From Squalus acanthias (Eukaryota): 64,000 nt of DNA. The notes under the pieces are model-generated. The model searched no databases. It saw only the letters and a list, made by a program, of their open reading frames with translations, and had not been told where the DNA came from. The DNA lies in assembly GCA_030390025.1 (NCBI GenBank), contig CM059449.1, positions 13,454,001-13,518,000 of the forward strand. Reading direction: 5' to 3'. The translations under genes and the position numbers were made by a program. Of this stretch, positions 1-11,835 are shown piece after piece. Numbering within the stretch: position 1 is the stretch's first letter; every line of letters starts with the position of its first letter.

Positions 1-165
1 TCTAACGTCTCGTTCGAAAGACGTCACCTCCGACAGGGCAGCGCTCCCTCAGCACTGCACTGGGAGTGTCCGCCTGGATTTTTGCGCTCGAGTCTCCAGA
101 GTGGGACTTGAACCCATGACTTTCTGACTCTTGAAGTCAGAGTGCTACCCACTGAGCTGCAGCCA
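1..165 (-). mobile_element. Deu-domain tRNA-SINE (SacSINE1-like), 5' part
   Basis: Reverse complement shows tRNA A/B boxes (gctcagtgggtagc..ggttcaagtccc) and the body shared with other copies. Confidence 0.75.
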
Positions 166-320
166 AACCTTCCCTCGGGAGATTGAGCTGTCGGTTGGGC
201 TGGGGGAGGGGCACTTACCAAAACATCTTTCGTTCCAAGCTGCTTGTGGGGGAGGGGGTTGGATCTCTCTTTCCCTCCTCTCCTGAAGGCTCTGATTCTT
301 GCTGACTGCCCTCAGATGAT

Positions 321-1012
321 GGTTGGTGTTCAGAGGGATCTAGGTGTCCTTGTACAGAAATCACTGAAAATTAACCTGCAGGTACAGCAAGCAATTAGGA
401 AAGCAAATGGTATGTTGGCCTTTATTACAAGAGGATTTGAGTACAAGAGTAAAGAAGTCTTACTGCAATTATAAAGGGCCCTGGTAAGACCACACCTGGA
501 GTATTGTGTACAGTTCTAAGGAAGGATATACTTGCCATAGAGGGAGTGCTATGAAGGTTCACCAGACTGGTTCCTGGGATGGAGAGATTGAGTAGACTGG
601 GCCTATATTCTCTAGAGTTTAGAAGAATGAGAGTTGATCTCATTGAAATATACAAAATTCTTACAGGGCTTGACAGGGTAGATGCAGGGAGGATGTTTCC
701 CCTGGCTGGGGAGTCGAGAACCAGGGGTCACAGTTTCAGAATAAGGGGTCGGCCATTTAGGACTGAGATGAGGAGAAATTTCTTCACTCAGAGGGTGGTG
801 AATCTTTGGAATTCTCTACCCCAGAGGGCAGTGGAGGCTCAGTCGTTGAGTATATTCAAGATAGAGATCGATAGATTTTGAATATTAAGTGAAAATCAAG
901 GGATATGGGGATAGTGCAGGAAAGTGGAGATGAGGTAGAAGGTCAGCCACGATCTTATTGAATGGCGGAGCAGGCTCGAGGGGCCAAATGGCCGCCTCCT
1001 ATTTCTTATGTC
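321..1012 (+). mobile_element. CR1 LINE 3' fragment
   Basis: QRDLGVLV..ANGMLAFI..YSLEFRRMR..RNFFTQRVVNLWNSLP with stops and a deletion; CR1 3' tail. Confidence 0.9.
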
Positions 1013-1332
1013 TTGCTGCAATTGCCTTGTATGGAGGTGGTGGGGAAGGAGGGACATCCTTCACTCATTGTGCTTGCTGCTCCATGTTTCTTTGTGTCTG
1101 ACCATGGAACATGGACTGAGCTAGGATTCGGTTCGGTTCCCTGCCACTTTCTTCTCCAGCTATTCAGGCGGCAGTCTTATTCCAGTGTCCATACAACAAG
1201 TGAAAGGGCCTAATTGAAGTAGAATTATTTAATGGATTGGAATATTTGGTTTTATTTTAGTTTTCCTGTGGTGGGGGAAGTAACCAGCTTTCACTTGGCA
1301 GCTGCCTGTGAGGGTGTAAACTTCAGCTCATA

Positions 1333-1795
1333 CAAAGCTCTGCTGCCCGTATCCTAACACCAAGCCCCATTCACCCATCACCCCTGAGCTCGCTGACTGA
1401 CATTTGCTCCTGGTCCGATAACGCCTCTTCTCATCCTGGTTTCAAATCCCTCCATGGCCTCGCCCTCTCCCTATCTCTGTAACCTCCTCCAGCCCGATAA
1501 CCCTCAGATTTCTGCGCTACTCTAATTTAGCCTCTTGCATATCCCCAATTTCCTTCGCTCCACCATTGGCAGCTGTGCCTTCAGCTGCCTGGAACCTAAG
1601 CTCTGGAATTCCCTCCCTAAACCTCTCCACCTCCTTTTAAGACGCTCCTTTAATACCTACCTCTTTGACCAAGCTTTTGATCACCTGTCCGAATATCTTA
1701 TGTGGCACGGTGTCAAATTTTGTTTGATAATCACTCCTGTGAAGCACCTTGGGATGTTTTACTACATTAAAGGCGCTGTATAAATACAAGTTGTC
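1333..1795 (+). mobile_element. L2-clade LINE 3' fragment
   Basis: RSTIGSCAFSCLEPKLWNSLP..FNTYLFDQAF and the characteristic 3' end aaaggcgctgtataaatacaagttgt. Confidence 0.7.
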
Positions 1796-1936
1796 CGTGG
1801 TGTTGAGGGAAGAGGTGTCGGGCGCTCGTTGTAAAGGGATTTCAGTCACTGCCGGCGTGTTCCTGCGACTGGTTAGTAACCACTACCTTGATTTCTTTTA
1901 ATGAGTTTTTTTTCCTCCACCTTTTTTAATTTTCAG

Positions 1937-2053
1937 GTCTTCAAGAAGCTTCCGGACTACACGCTGATCCCGGCCTCCTGCACAGAAGTGGCAAAACTGG
2001 GGGCAGCCCTGAGCTCCTGCTCGATTCTAATCAATAAGAAGTTTGAGTACTAG
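1937..2053 (+). CDS. DDAH2: Terminal coding exon of dimethylarginine dimethylaminohydrolase 2 (upstream exons lie outside the window)
   Basis: Polypyrimidine acceptor ttttttaattttcag|, phase 0, reads VFKKLPDYTLIPASCTEVAKLGAALSSCSILINKKFEY*. Aligns without gaps to the last 38 aa of human DDAH1 ([38 protein letters not shown]) and DDAH2 (..VPVSCSELEKAGAGLSSL..), both recalled from memory. PxSC and GAxLSS, with Ser at the nucleophile position, are DDAH2-type. Too short for the ORF track. Confidence 0.88.
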   Translation, partial: VFKKLPDYTLIPASCTEVAKLGAALSSCSILINKKFEY

Positions 2054-2960
2054 AATTGATTGGATCCCCTCCCCCAGCCTTAACTCCACAGTGGAATAGA
2101 GTAGAAATGGCTCTGATTTGATGGATACCAGGGATATGAGGGATACACACTGGAATGTTTGGATCAGGAACCCCCCCCCCCCCCCACCCCAAAAATGAAG
2201 TCTGATTCTTTCACATAGACTAGAGATTGAGAGCTCGTCTCACCAAGGTAATCGGGGCCCAACCTGCAGCAGATGCGAGTTTGAGCAGAGCCAAGCTTTA
2301 TTGTATCAGGCTTGAGATGGTGGGTGTACCAGTGACACCTAGGGGTAGAACCTCAATTACTGCAGCCACACTGGCTCTGCTCTCGGGGGCAAACATTCCC
2401 GTCTCCACTTCCCACTTAATGTTCCAATTAGAGAATGGGTGTGGTCCTCTCCTCGATCTTTGAAATTCTGGCTCAGCTCCTAAGTTTGGATCTCCTTGTG
2501 TTGTTTTTTCTGGGATTTGTGTTCGATTTCTGATCTGGATATCGATGAAGCACCGAATCTTTGCTGAGCGGGAGATGTCTCCTTGCTGAAGCTTGATCCT
2601 CTCCAATCCTAGACACACTTCCGCGAATAGCTCTGGATCTCTCTCTCATCTGGGTTTTCCTCAATTTTTCTGTCCTTTCTGGGCAGATTGCCCAGGACTC
2701 GAGTATTTGAAGGCTGTTTTGTTTTTCCAGTCTGCGGCTGGTCAGGCATATTCTGGGTTAAATATCGTGGGAGGAAGAGACAATATCACATTCCTGAAAC
2801 TAGGCATCATCCCAAACCCAGCTGTGGCCAAACTCACTCTGACTGAATCCAGCGCCGCTGTATCGAAACCCTGTGTGTGGAGGACTTCAAGATGAACTTG
2901 TTGTTCTAACATTCTAGAAGCTTCCTGCAGAACATCAGGCAATGTCCAGCCTTCCCTTTA

Positions 2961-3025
2961 AATAAATGTGTTCGTCATTCAGTAGATTGTTCATCTCGCT
3001 GCTTTGTATTTGGCCAAAAAATAAA
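2961..3025 (+). terminator. Candidate DDAH2 polyadenylation signals (AATAAA at 2961 and 3020)
   Basis: Two AATAAA hexamers about 0.9-1 kb after the stop, followed by GT/T-rich sequence. Confidence 0.4.
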
Positions 3026-3489
3026 TGTATGGGAGGGAAAGTAACTTCAAATCAGCTTGTGCCTTTTGGAAATTTGTAGGACTTTTCCAAATCCCATTGA
3101 TTCTGTGGTCTCCATTATTTTGTATGCAGGTTGATTCCTGTGCTAAAATAGTGGACAGATGTGGCGCTCTTGTTTTGCCCCTTCCGCATTCACAATGCTC
3201 AATGAGCAGTCCAAGGTTTTTTTTTGCGGGGGGGGGGGGGGGGGGGGTTCAAACGACTATTCAGTAAAAAGGGGCAGCTACCTCTTAATAGTGCTTTTAT
3301 TTTTCAAATTGCATTCAGAATGTTTACACACATTGGGTGTATGTTTTCAAATTGCCGCCCAGGTGTACAACTGGATTAAATGGAAAATTGGGCAGTTTCT
3401 ATGCCGATCTGCAATACCAGTTTTACACCCAAGTCCCCAATTGAAAATTTAACCCCCATTATCTTGCAGTGAAGGAGGCTCCAATCTGG

Positions 3490-3587
3490 AATAACAGAAA
3501 ACGCTGGAAAATCTCAGCAGGCCAGGCAGCATCCGTGGAGAGAGAAAGAGTTAACGTTTCAGGTCGATGACCTTTCATCAGAACTCA
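3490..3587 (-). mobile_element. Penelope-type pseudo-LTR fragment with minimal hammerhead motif
   Basis: Minus strand gagttCTGATGAaaggtcatcgacctGAAAcgttaactc; flanked by 10-bp direct repeat tccaatctgg. Confidence 0.7.
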
Positions 3588-3621
3588 TCCAATCTGGGGT
3601 TGGAGGTTAAGTGCCCGGTGC

Positions 3622-3640
3622 TGCCAGCAGGTGGCGCTGT
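3622..3640 (+). promoter_or_regulatory. Candidate CTCF site between the convergent DDAH2 and receptor B 3' ends
   Basis: tgCCAGCAGGTGGCGCtgt is an exact match to core CCASYAGRKGGCRS; a weaker inverted site lies at about 3677-3696. Confidence 0.5.
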
Positions 3641-5023
3641 TGCCCGGTGGAAAAACTTAAAATTTGTCACTCTGTGCAACAGCACCACCTAGAGTTGGGG
3701 AATAGTGTTACAACGCACCGCTCTGCTTTCTGGCCCTCTTCCAGTAATTCGCGTCTGAGAAAATGTCCTCTTTTAAAATGAGCAATCCTGTGAGTAGTGC
3801 GTCCATTAATTTGGACAAACTGCAGGTGTCCTGTTGCTGTTTTTCCTCTTGCAACATAATTGAGAACATTTCTTGTGCAAGATTTCTACATCTGCTGGAG
3901 AAAGATGGAAAAGTTTCTTGAGAAAATTAAGTGTGCCGTGTAAACTTAAATTTCCTGTTTGAATCTTTGCAACAGCAGTAATACATAGCGTGTGGTATGC
4001 TCTGCGCCAGATCCCTCGGGAGAGAGAAATCACTGGGTCTGTCTTTTTTAGTGTCTAGCCCAAGTTCTGTGTGCGACCCTGGGCCTGTGAGCATTGACTG
4101 GCTGTTTGCAGGAAAGCCCACACTCGTTCTTTCCTGCAGGGGGAGACACTGCATAGTGAACTGGAGTAGGAACCCTGGCTCCGTTATGGTCCCCACAGCA
4201 TCTTCCTTACACCCCCCGCCCCCCCCCCCCATCTCATCTGGGATCAGTTCGACCAATTGTAGAGCCCCAACCACTGCCCTGGCTGAAATCGGTGTGGAGA
4301 GGGGAAAAAAAAATGTTCTCCAACCTTTACACATTTGTCCATAATATAAATGACACATTCATTGAAGGACTGTCTGTCTCCTTAGTAGATACTTCTTTTG
4401 AGGGCGGTGTGAGCTAACAGCAGTTTAATGAAGTATCGTGTTCGGTGTGGCCTGATCCACTTCCAGTGTGTCGCCTCGTTCCCTCCCTGGATTCGGATCC
4501 CGTGTTGTGGAAGAGCCAAATCACATGGTGCTTTTCTTTGATGCCTGATATCTAGCTTTTGTACCGCCTCTCCTTTGTAAGCAAGTCTTCTGACTTTAAT
4601 AAATTTGAGAATCTGCATCGAAAGTCTCTGTGCAGTGTTCCTGTGCTGTGTTTTCTTTGTGTGTATGGAATACAGGATTAGGCCCTCAAGCCAGTCCCAC
4701 CATTCAAATAGATCATGGGAGTTATCCACCTTCATCCCATAATCTATCACTCAGTTTTGAAATTTTCAATTGACCTGAGCCTCCACAGCTTTTTGGGGAG
4801 AGCCCCAGAGTTCCACAACCCTGTATGAAGTGCTTCCTGATATCACTCGAATGGCCTAGCTCTAATTTTAAGGTTATGCCCTCCTTTTTTGGATTTCCCC
4901 ACCCCGAGGAAATTTCTCTCAAATCCTTTACATCCAAAATGCCTCCATTAGATCACCCCCTCAAGGGAACACCCCTTAGGGAACACAAGCCTAGTCTATG
5001 CAACTTGTCCTCCATAATTTTTT

Positions 5024-5700
5024 GGGCCGGATATTCCGATCCCTACAGGTGTGTACGCGCTGTGTACACACCCGTAGGGACATCGGAAATGCTGGTTTCA
5101 AGGCATGCACTGCGCATGTGCTGAAAACCGGCATTTCAGATCTGTCAAGAATCCTCTTGACAGATCGGACGCCTGCCCTGTAGAAGGGCCTCTGCGGACA
5201 GATAGTTCCGCTTTCTGGAGCACCTCTGCCTGCAGAAAACCCTTGGAAATCTTACACCTGGTAAAAGCAGGCGTAAGGCCTGCTTTTACCAGCATAAGAT
5301 TTGAAAAAGTAAAAAAATTAAAAAAAAATTCACTTTTTAAAGTATTAAATAAGTTTATTTTTAGCCCTGTAAAAAAGTGTTCAAAAAATTAAATTTATTT
5401 AATTGTAATTTCAACTAATTTCAAATTTGTGATTAAATTAAATTTTCAACAATGTTTTAAAGTGTGTTTGGGGTGATCTCCATTCATACACTTGACAGAT
5501 CGACCTGTCAAATATATGAAGGGAGATTTCCTTCTGATTGGCTCCACGTGATCCCAGGGCTGCTTGCGAACCGCATGTGCCTCTGGGATACATGGGCCCT
5601 GTGCATTTCGAGTTGGAGAGGCCCAGGAGTGGAAGTGTCCGGACCTCGGGAGCCCTCTGAGTGCATAGATTTTTTTTTTTATATTTAAAAATACGGCCCA
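5024..5700. mobile_element. Non-autonomous TIR element (Harbinger-like MITE)
   Basis: Ends gggccggatatt.../...aaatacggccc; body shared with copies at 22006, 40812 and 61540. Confidence 0.65.
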
Positions 5701-5704
5701 ATCC

Positions 5705-6790
5705 TTTTAGCCCTGTGCATCTGTGCTGCACCCCATCAAAGGTCAGTATATCCTCCTGAGGTGTGGGCCCCAGAACTGAACGCAGTGCTCCCGATCTGGT
5801 CTAAACCAGAGCTTTGTACAACTGCACCATAATTTCCACCCTTTGTGTTCCAGTTCCCTTGAAAGGCCAACCTTGCATTAGCCTTAATTTTTTTTGCACC
5901 GTCCACTTCTGTTATTGATTTCTGTACATGGATTCCTAAATCTCTCTCTTCATCCACAATTCCTAATGTCTCACCATTTAGAAAATGCTCTGATCTTTCT
6001 GGAGTCCAAAGTGGATGATCACTTTCCCCACCGTGAACTCCATCTGCCACACTTTTGCCACTTGCTTGATCTATCAACATCCCTTTGCAACTTTCAGCTC
6101 CCATTTTCATTACTTACTGTGTTATCTAACTTGGTGTCATCAGCAAACTTGGATACCCAGCTCTCTTCCTTCATCTGTGTCATTGAGAAATATAGTAAAA
6201 AGCTGGGACCCCATATTGATGCCAGGGGACATGTGCCACTTGAGTACATACATAATATCCCTACTGTCTCCTATCCCCTAACCAATTCCCTACTCATGTC
6301 AATTGCTTACCTTCAATTCCATACACTTGCAGTTTTTTTTGTTGCTAACAATCTTTGTATGGAACCTTATTGATTGCCTTCTGCTGTCTATCTAAACATC
6401 CATAGACACTCCCTTATCTACCATGTTAGTGACGACTGCCTCAAATTCAACTAGGTTAGTTAGACATGGCTTACCCTTTACAAATCCAGGCTGGCTCTCC
6501 GATTTGTCCAAGTGATCAGTTGCTCGGTCCTTAGTAACTTTTCTAGTAACAAACCACACCGCTGTTGAACTAATGGGTCTCTAATTTCCAGGTTTCTCTG
6601 TCACCCTTCCTAAATAATGGAGTAACATTGGAAATTTTCAAATCCAAGGGGACAATAACTGAAGCAAGAGTGTTGGAAGATCATAACATCTGCACTATGC
6701 CAGCCTTTTAATACCCTGGGGGTGGAAACAATCAGTTCCTGGAGATTTGTTGCTCTTCAGTCCCATTATTTTCTCCATTGCCATTTTATT
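5705..6790 (-). mobile_element. Old degenerate CR1 LINE fragment (RT region)
   Basis: Decayed KFADDTK and RDLG motifs on the minus strand. Confidence 0.7.
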
Positions 6791-7254
6791 AACTTGTATC
6801 AAATCAATAAGTTCCGCCCCCACACCCCCAAACTCAATTTATTTTTTTCCTCGATTCTCTTGTGCCATGACCTTTTCTGGGTGAGGATCTGGTCCTGGTC
6901 CTCCTGGCTGGACTCTGCAGAATGCTTAGCATTAACTTTTCTCTCTTCCAGAATACAGCCACATGTTTATAATGCAATTTTAAGACTATTTTTCCCACAC
7001 CATCTTGCGTTTAAAATTTGAACAAAATGTACAAAAACAATTAAAAGTGCAGAAAAAGTCTTTAAGGTACATTTCCAAGAAAGGTTCATTTCCAAGAATT
7101 CATATTCATACATATATACAGATCGATGTACAAGGATTTAGGTTATGTGTAGGTCATCACTTTCATGTTAATGCACAGTGGTTATGGGTCACAATATAGC
7201 TCCACAGTCAAATACTAATCTGACTATAAAATGAGGTCAAACAAATAGTATAAA

Positions 7255-7677
7255 AAGAAAGAAAGCTTTGCTTTTATATAGTGCCTTTCACGACCTCTGC
7301 ACACCCCAAAATGCTTTGCAGCCAATGCAGTAATTTTGAAGTGCAATCACTGTTGTAATGCAGGGAAACGTGGTAGCAAATTTGTGCTGAGCAAGCTCCC
7401 ACAAACCGCAATGTTGGTTGTGGGATAAATATGGGCCAGCACACCAGGGAGAACTCCCCAGCTTTTCTACAAACTAGTGCTGTGGGATCTTTTACATCCA
7501 CCTCAGAGCAGACTGTTCAACATCTTATCCAAAAGGCAGCACCTCTGACAGTGCAGCACTCCCCCAGTATTGCACTGGAATGTCAGTCTGGATTTAGTGC
7601 TCAAGTCTCTGGAGTGGGACTTGAACCCACAATTTTCTGATTCCAAGGCTCTGGTACTGCCACAGAGCCACAGCACT
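7255..7677 (-). mobile_element. Deu-domain tRNA-SINE (SacSINE1-like)
   Basis: Full head-body-(ctttc) tail, similar to the copy at 17364. Confidence 0.75.
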
Positions 7678-7851
7678 AATGCGATTACTAATTACATTAT
7701 GAATGTTTCTCCTTTGCATTTCTTAATGCTAATTTCTGATGTTCCAGAATCTATTAAAATTGTGACATTATTAAAGGACACTGTTTGGATACAAATGGCC
7801 CAAGCATTAACGACCGTATTACATCAATCAATTTCTCCTTCGTAGACCCGT

Positions 7852-8043
7852 TCACTTCAGTGCACAGATTTGCTTGGTTTTCATGATCCTATTGGGTGTA
7901 GATTGGGTGCAGACAGCAAGATCCCACTGGTTTGAAGGGCTGGATCTTCTGGTGATCGGTGAGTTCACTGTGCAGTAGCTAGAAGAGGCAGTGTTGTTGC
8001 TATATGGCAGACTAGTCTCTTGTCTGAGACGAGGAGGTAGTGC
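7852..8043 (-). CDS. Receptor B exon 5, terminal cytoplasmic exon with SH3/SH2-binding motifs
   Basis: Acceptor tttgtaattgtaactcttag|, phase 0, open for 63 codons: ALPPRLRQETSLPYSNNTASSSYCTVNSPITRRSSPSNQWDLAVCTQSTPNRIMKTKQICALK*. Joining to exon 4 creates PALPPR. Confidence 0.72.
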   Translation of the reverse strand, partial: ALPPRLRQETSLPYSNNTASSSYCTVNSPITRRSSPSNQWDLAVCTQSTPNRIMKTKQICALK

Positions 8044-8674
8044 CTAAGAGTTACAATTACAAATAAAATCACATTTTTACCGATTCTATTTGCATTTCTT
8101 CAAACCATATTTTTTATTTTTATTTTGAGTGGTGAGAAATATCAACCGGAGAGAACAAATTTGTTCAGGAAGAAAAGTCAGGGACCTTTAATTGTTAAAA
8201 GAAGTACAATCGCCAGCATCGTCCGAAAGATTTAAAAATGACAATGAGGACTTCAAAATCGAATGGAATAACTTGCATTTATATAGCGCCTTTGGTGACC
8301 TCGGGACATCCCATTGCTTTACAGCCAATGAAGTATTTTTGAAGTGTAGCCACTATTGTAATGTAGGCAACACGGCAGCTGATTTACGCACAGCAAGATC
8401 CCACCACATTCAGCAACGTGCTAACCCCCAGATAATGGCAGTGTAAATGGACATGGGCCAGACGCAGAACAGGCGGAGTCGCGTTCGGTGCCTGGTGTAC
8501 GACACGCGCTGAGTGTCAGCTTGAACTCCAAGTGGGCAATTTTACCCTAACCCACCCGTCGGGAAGCTAACAGGATCGGGTACAAGAGTCTTTCCACCCA
8601 GAGGAGACAGTTCCACCAACCAAGTGGATCTAATATGCAGGACTATAATATTTAAATAATACAAATGATCTTAC

Positions 8675-8703
8675 TGGTAATGACTCCTGAAATTCAATTC
8701 TTT
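8675..8703 (-). CDS. Receptor B exon 4, short cytoplasmic exon
   Basis: Acceptor ttcctgttcatattccag|, donor CCA|gtaaga, 29 nt, phase 1->0; (E)RIEFQESLP. Bridges the phases of exons 3 and 5 exactly. Confidence 0.72.
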
Positions 8704-8804
8704 CTGGAATATGAACAGGAAATGTTATGCAGTTACATAAGGCAGACAAGGTATCATTGTTCTCAATCAGTAGTGTTTACTTTTTCATTTTCTCCCCACC
8801 CCTC

Positions 8805-9252
8805 AAGTCCAGAACAAAGCAGCCCGCTTGATTGGCACCCCATCCACCACCTTAAACATTCACTCCCTCCACCACCGGCATACCGTGGCTGCAGTGTGTA
8901 CCATCTACAAGATGCACTGCAGCAACTCGCCAAGACTTCTTCTGCAGCACCTCCCAAACCCGCGACCTCTTCCACCTAGAAGGACAAGGGCAGCAGGCGC
9001 ATGGGAACACCACCAAGTTCCCCTCCAAGACACACGCCATCCTGACTTGGAAATATATCGCCGTTCCTTCATCGTCGCTGGGTCAAAATCCTGGAACTCC
9101 CTCCCTAACAGCACTGTGGGAGCACCTTCACCACACGGACTGCAGTGGTTCAAGAAGGCGGCTCACCACCACCTTCTCAAGGGCAATTAGGAATGGGCAA
9201 TAAATGCCGGCCTTGCCAGCGATGCCTACATCCCATAAACGAATTAAAAAAT
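8805..9252 (+). mobile_element. Non-LTR retrotransposon 3' fragment (RTEX/L2-CR1-group-like)
   Basis: IGTPSTTLNIHSLHHRHTVAAVCTIYKMHC..SWNSLP..FKKAAHHHL plus A-rich tail; near-identical copies at 19158 and 34475. Confidence 0.7.
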
Positions 9253-10547
9253 CCCTCCTCCATTCCTGTCATGAAGACACTGACTTTGGCTGGGCACAGT
9301 GCCAGGCGTGCCTGCCTGTCTGCAATACCTGATCCAAATGGCCATTCTTCATATATAGTCTGTAAACAGGAAGGTTAGAATTCTCCCATCAGCATTTCAC
9401 TCGCAGGCTCCAGGCACCTATTGGGAAATTCGAATCGCCAACCCATAATTTTTCCAAGTAAGGGATGACACCCAGAACATAGGAACAGGAGGAGGCCATT
9501 CAGCCCCTCGAGTCGGTTCCACCATTCAAATAGATCCTGGCTGATCTGTATCTTAACTCCATCTGCCCACACTGGTTCCCTAACCCTTAATACCTTTGCC
9601 TAACAAAAATCTATCGATCTCAGTTTGGAAATTTTCAATTGACCCTCAGCCTCCACAGCTTTTCGGGGGAGAGAGTTCCAGATTTCAAATACCCTTTGTG
9701 TGAAGAAGTGTTTGTTGACATCACCCCTGAACGGCCTAGCTCTAATGTTAAGGTTGCGCCCCCTTGTTCTGGGCTCCCCCCACCCCAAGATCTGTGGAAG
9801 GGGGAGAACCAACAGCACAGCTGAAGAGGTCTTTGTTTCGGGCTATTAAAAGAGTGGTCACACAGTGAATTTATTTTGGAGAGGAAGTGTGGGCGAAGTG
9901 AAGGAGAAAGCAGCTTCCGGCATTGTAGTGGAATGAGTGGGGTGACCATATGGAGTTCCATGAAAGATGTGGGTGGACATATGGCTGGAGGAGATTCAAC
10001 ACATGTCCAGCGACTTAACAGAAGGATGGGCATCTTGAGGTCCATGCTGTGTAGTCAGGCAGCCAATGGAGTTCGTCAATGATAGGGATGATGAATAAAA
10101 AGAAGGAAAAGAATTGCATTTATATAGCGCTTTTCACAACCTCAGGGATCCCATAGCGCTTTACAGCCAATTAAGTACTTTTGAAGTATAGTCACTGTTG
10201 TAATGTAGGAAAACGTTGTTAGGTAAGGGTATTAGGGAGTGTATGGAGTAAATGACGGGTAAATGGAGTTGAGATATAGATCAGCTATGATCTAATTGAA
10301 TGACGGAACAGGCTCCAGGGGCGTAATGGCCGACTAATGTTCCTATAAAATAATATGGGGCTTTTGTGTGACAGAGGTTTCATAGTGAAGTGATATCGAT
10401 CAACTAGAGCTTGTGAAGGGTGGCAGAAGCTAGCCAAGAGATGATTAGAGGAATCTGTTCGTGAGGCAGTGAAAGTCTAGATTAAGGGTTCAGTCCCAGA
10501 GGGAGTGAGAGAGAGAGAGAAAAAAGGATGCAAGCGGGTGATTTTCT

Positions 10548-11010
10548 GAAGAAAGACTTGCATTTATAAAGCACCTTTCACGACCACCGGACGTCTCAAA
10601 GCACTTTACAGCCAATGAAATACTTTTGGAGTGTAGTCATTATTGTCATGTGGGAAACGCAGCAGCCAATTTGCACACAGCAAGCTCCCACAAACAGCAA
10701 TGTGATCATGACCAGATAATCTGTTTTTGTTATGTTGATGGAGGGATAAATATTGGCCGGGACACCGGGGATAACTCCCCTGCTCTTCTTCAAAATAGTG
10801 CCGTGGGATCTTTTACGACCACCTGAGAGAGCAGACGGGGCTTCGGTTTAACGCTTCATCCGAAAGACGGCACCTCTGACAGTGCAGCACTCCCTCAGCA
10901 CTGCACTGGAGTGTCAGCCTAGATTTTTGTGTTCAAGTCCTGGAGTTGGACTTAGAACCCACAACCTTCTGACTCAGAGGCGAGGGATGCTACCAACTGA
11001 GCCACAGACA
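10548..11010 (-). mobile_element. Deu-domain tRNA-SINE (SacSINE1-like)
   Basis: Full-length match to the other copies. Confidence 0.8.
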
Positions 11011-11835
11011 CAGTTGGGCGTTAGCAGTATGAACTGTCAACTTAAGTATCTCCTGCATCTCTTTAAGCTTCTCCACAGTGGGGAAATATCATCCTTGTGA
11101 CTGACTGGATGGGGGCAAGAGGATTTTACTCAGGATTGAACAGGATGCTAAGGTTGCACACAAGCTGCTTCACACTAAGCGATTGCTGGGAGGATTGATG
11201 GGACTGAAACCCGAGGTATATAACTGTCAGAAGTGGAAAAGGATGGATTCAGTTTTGGCGAAATTTCGGCTAATTCATTATTTGCTATCAGATGATCAGG
11301 CAACGGCCACAGTGGAATCAAAGGTGCTGGAGAAATGCTTTTGAGCGTTATCAGCATGAACTGTCAACTGAAGTATCTCCTGCATCTCCTTAGATTTCTC
11401 CATCGGGGCTCTTTCAAAAATGAATAAAGCTAAAAAAAGGTTTAGGGTCAAACCTAACTCTACTATGCATTTGTTTCAGGTGTTAGCCTTTCCCCCTTAC
11501 GTTTGTTTACTCAGTCATTGCTGGCGACCTGATTGGGTGGTACCTTAGACTCACTGAGCTCATCCATGAGTGAATTCCTTGCACGGTTTGAGTCTACAGA
11601 GCTTGCTAAAGGCGACAATGGCACATTGCTTGTGTTGCCATAGCCAGCTGCCCAGCTACAATGTATAACTGTGCACACGCTGGGAAGAATGGAGACTCCT
11701 CTCCACTGTTCGGTGAGCACTTTATGTGCTGTGCTGGTTATTCATGATAAACTGCACGGCCAGTTTCCCCACAATTACAGACAGCTATTTATAGTTTATA
11801 CACTTGGAAAGCTCATGTGACGTGCAGCCTAGCAC

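Noticed and set aside
2227-2942. Overlapping short ORFs after the DDAH2 stop
   Set aside because: No recognisable domain; most simply the DDAH2 3' UTR.
4382-4750. 122-aa minus-strand ORF as receptor B tail
   Set aside because: Starts in a CR1 tail and has no pyrimidine-rich acceptor; the 8043-7852 exon fits better.
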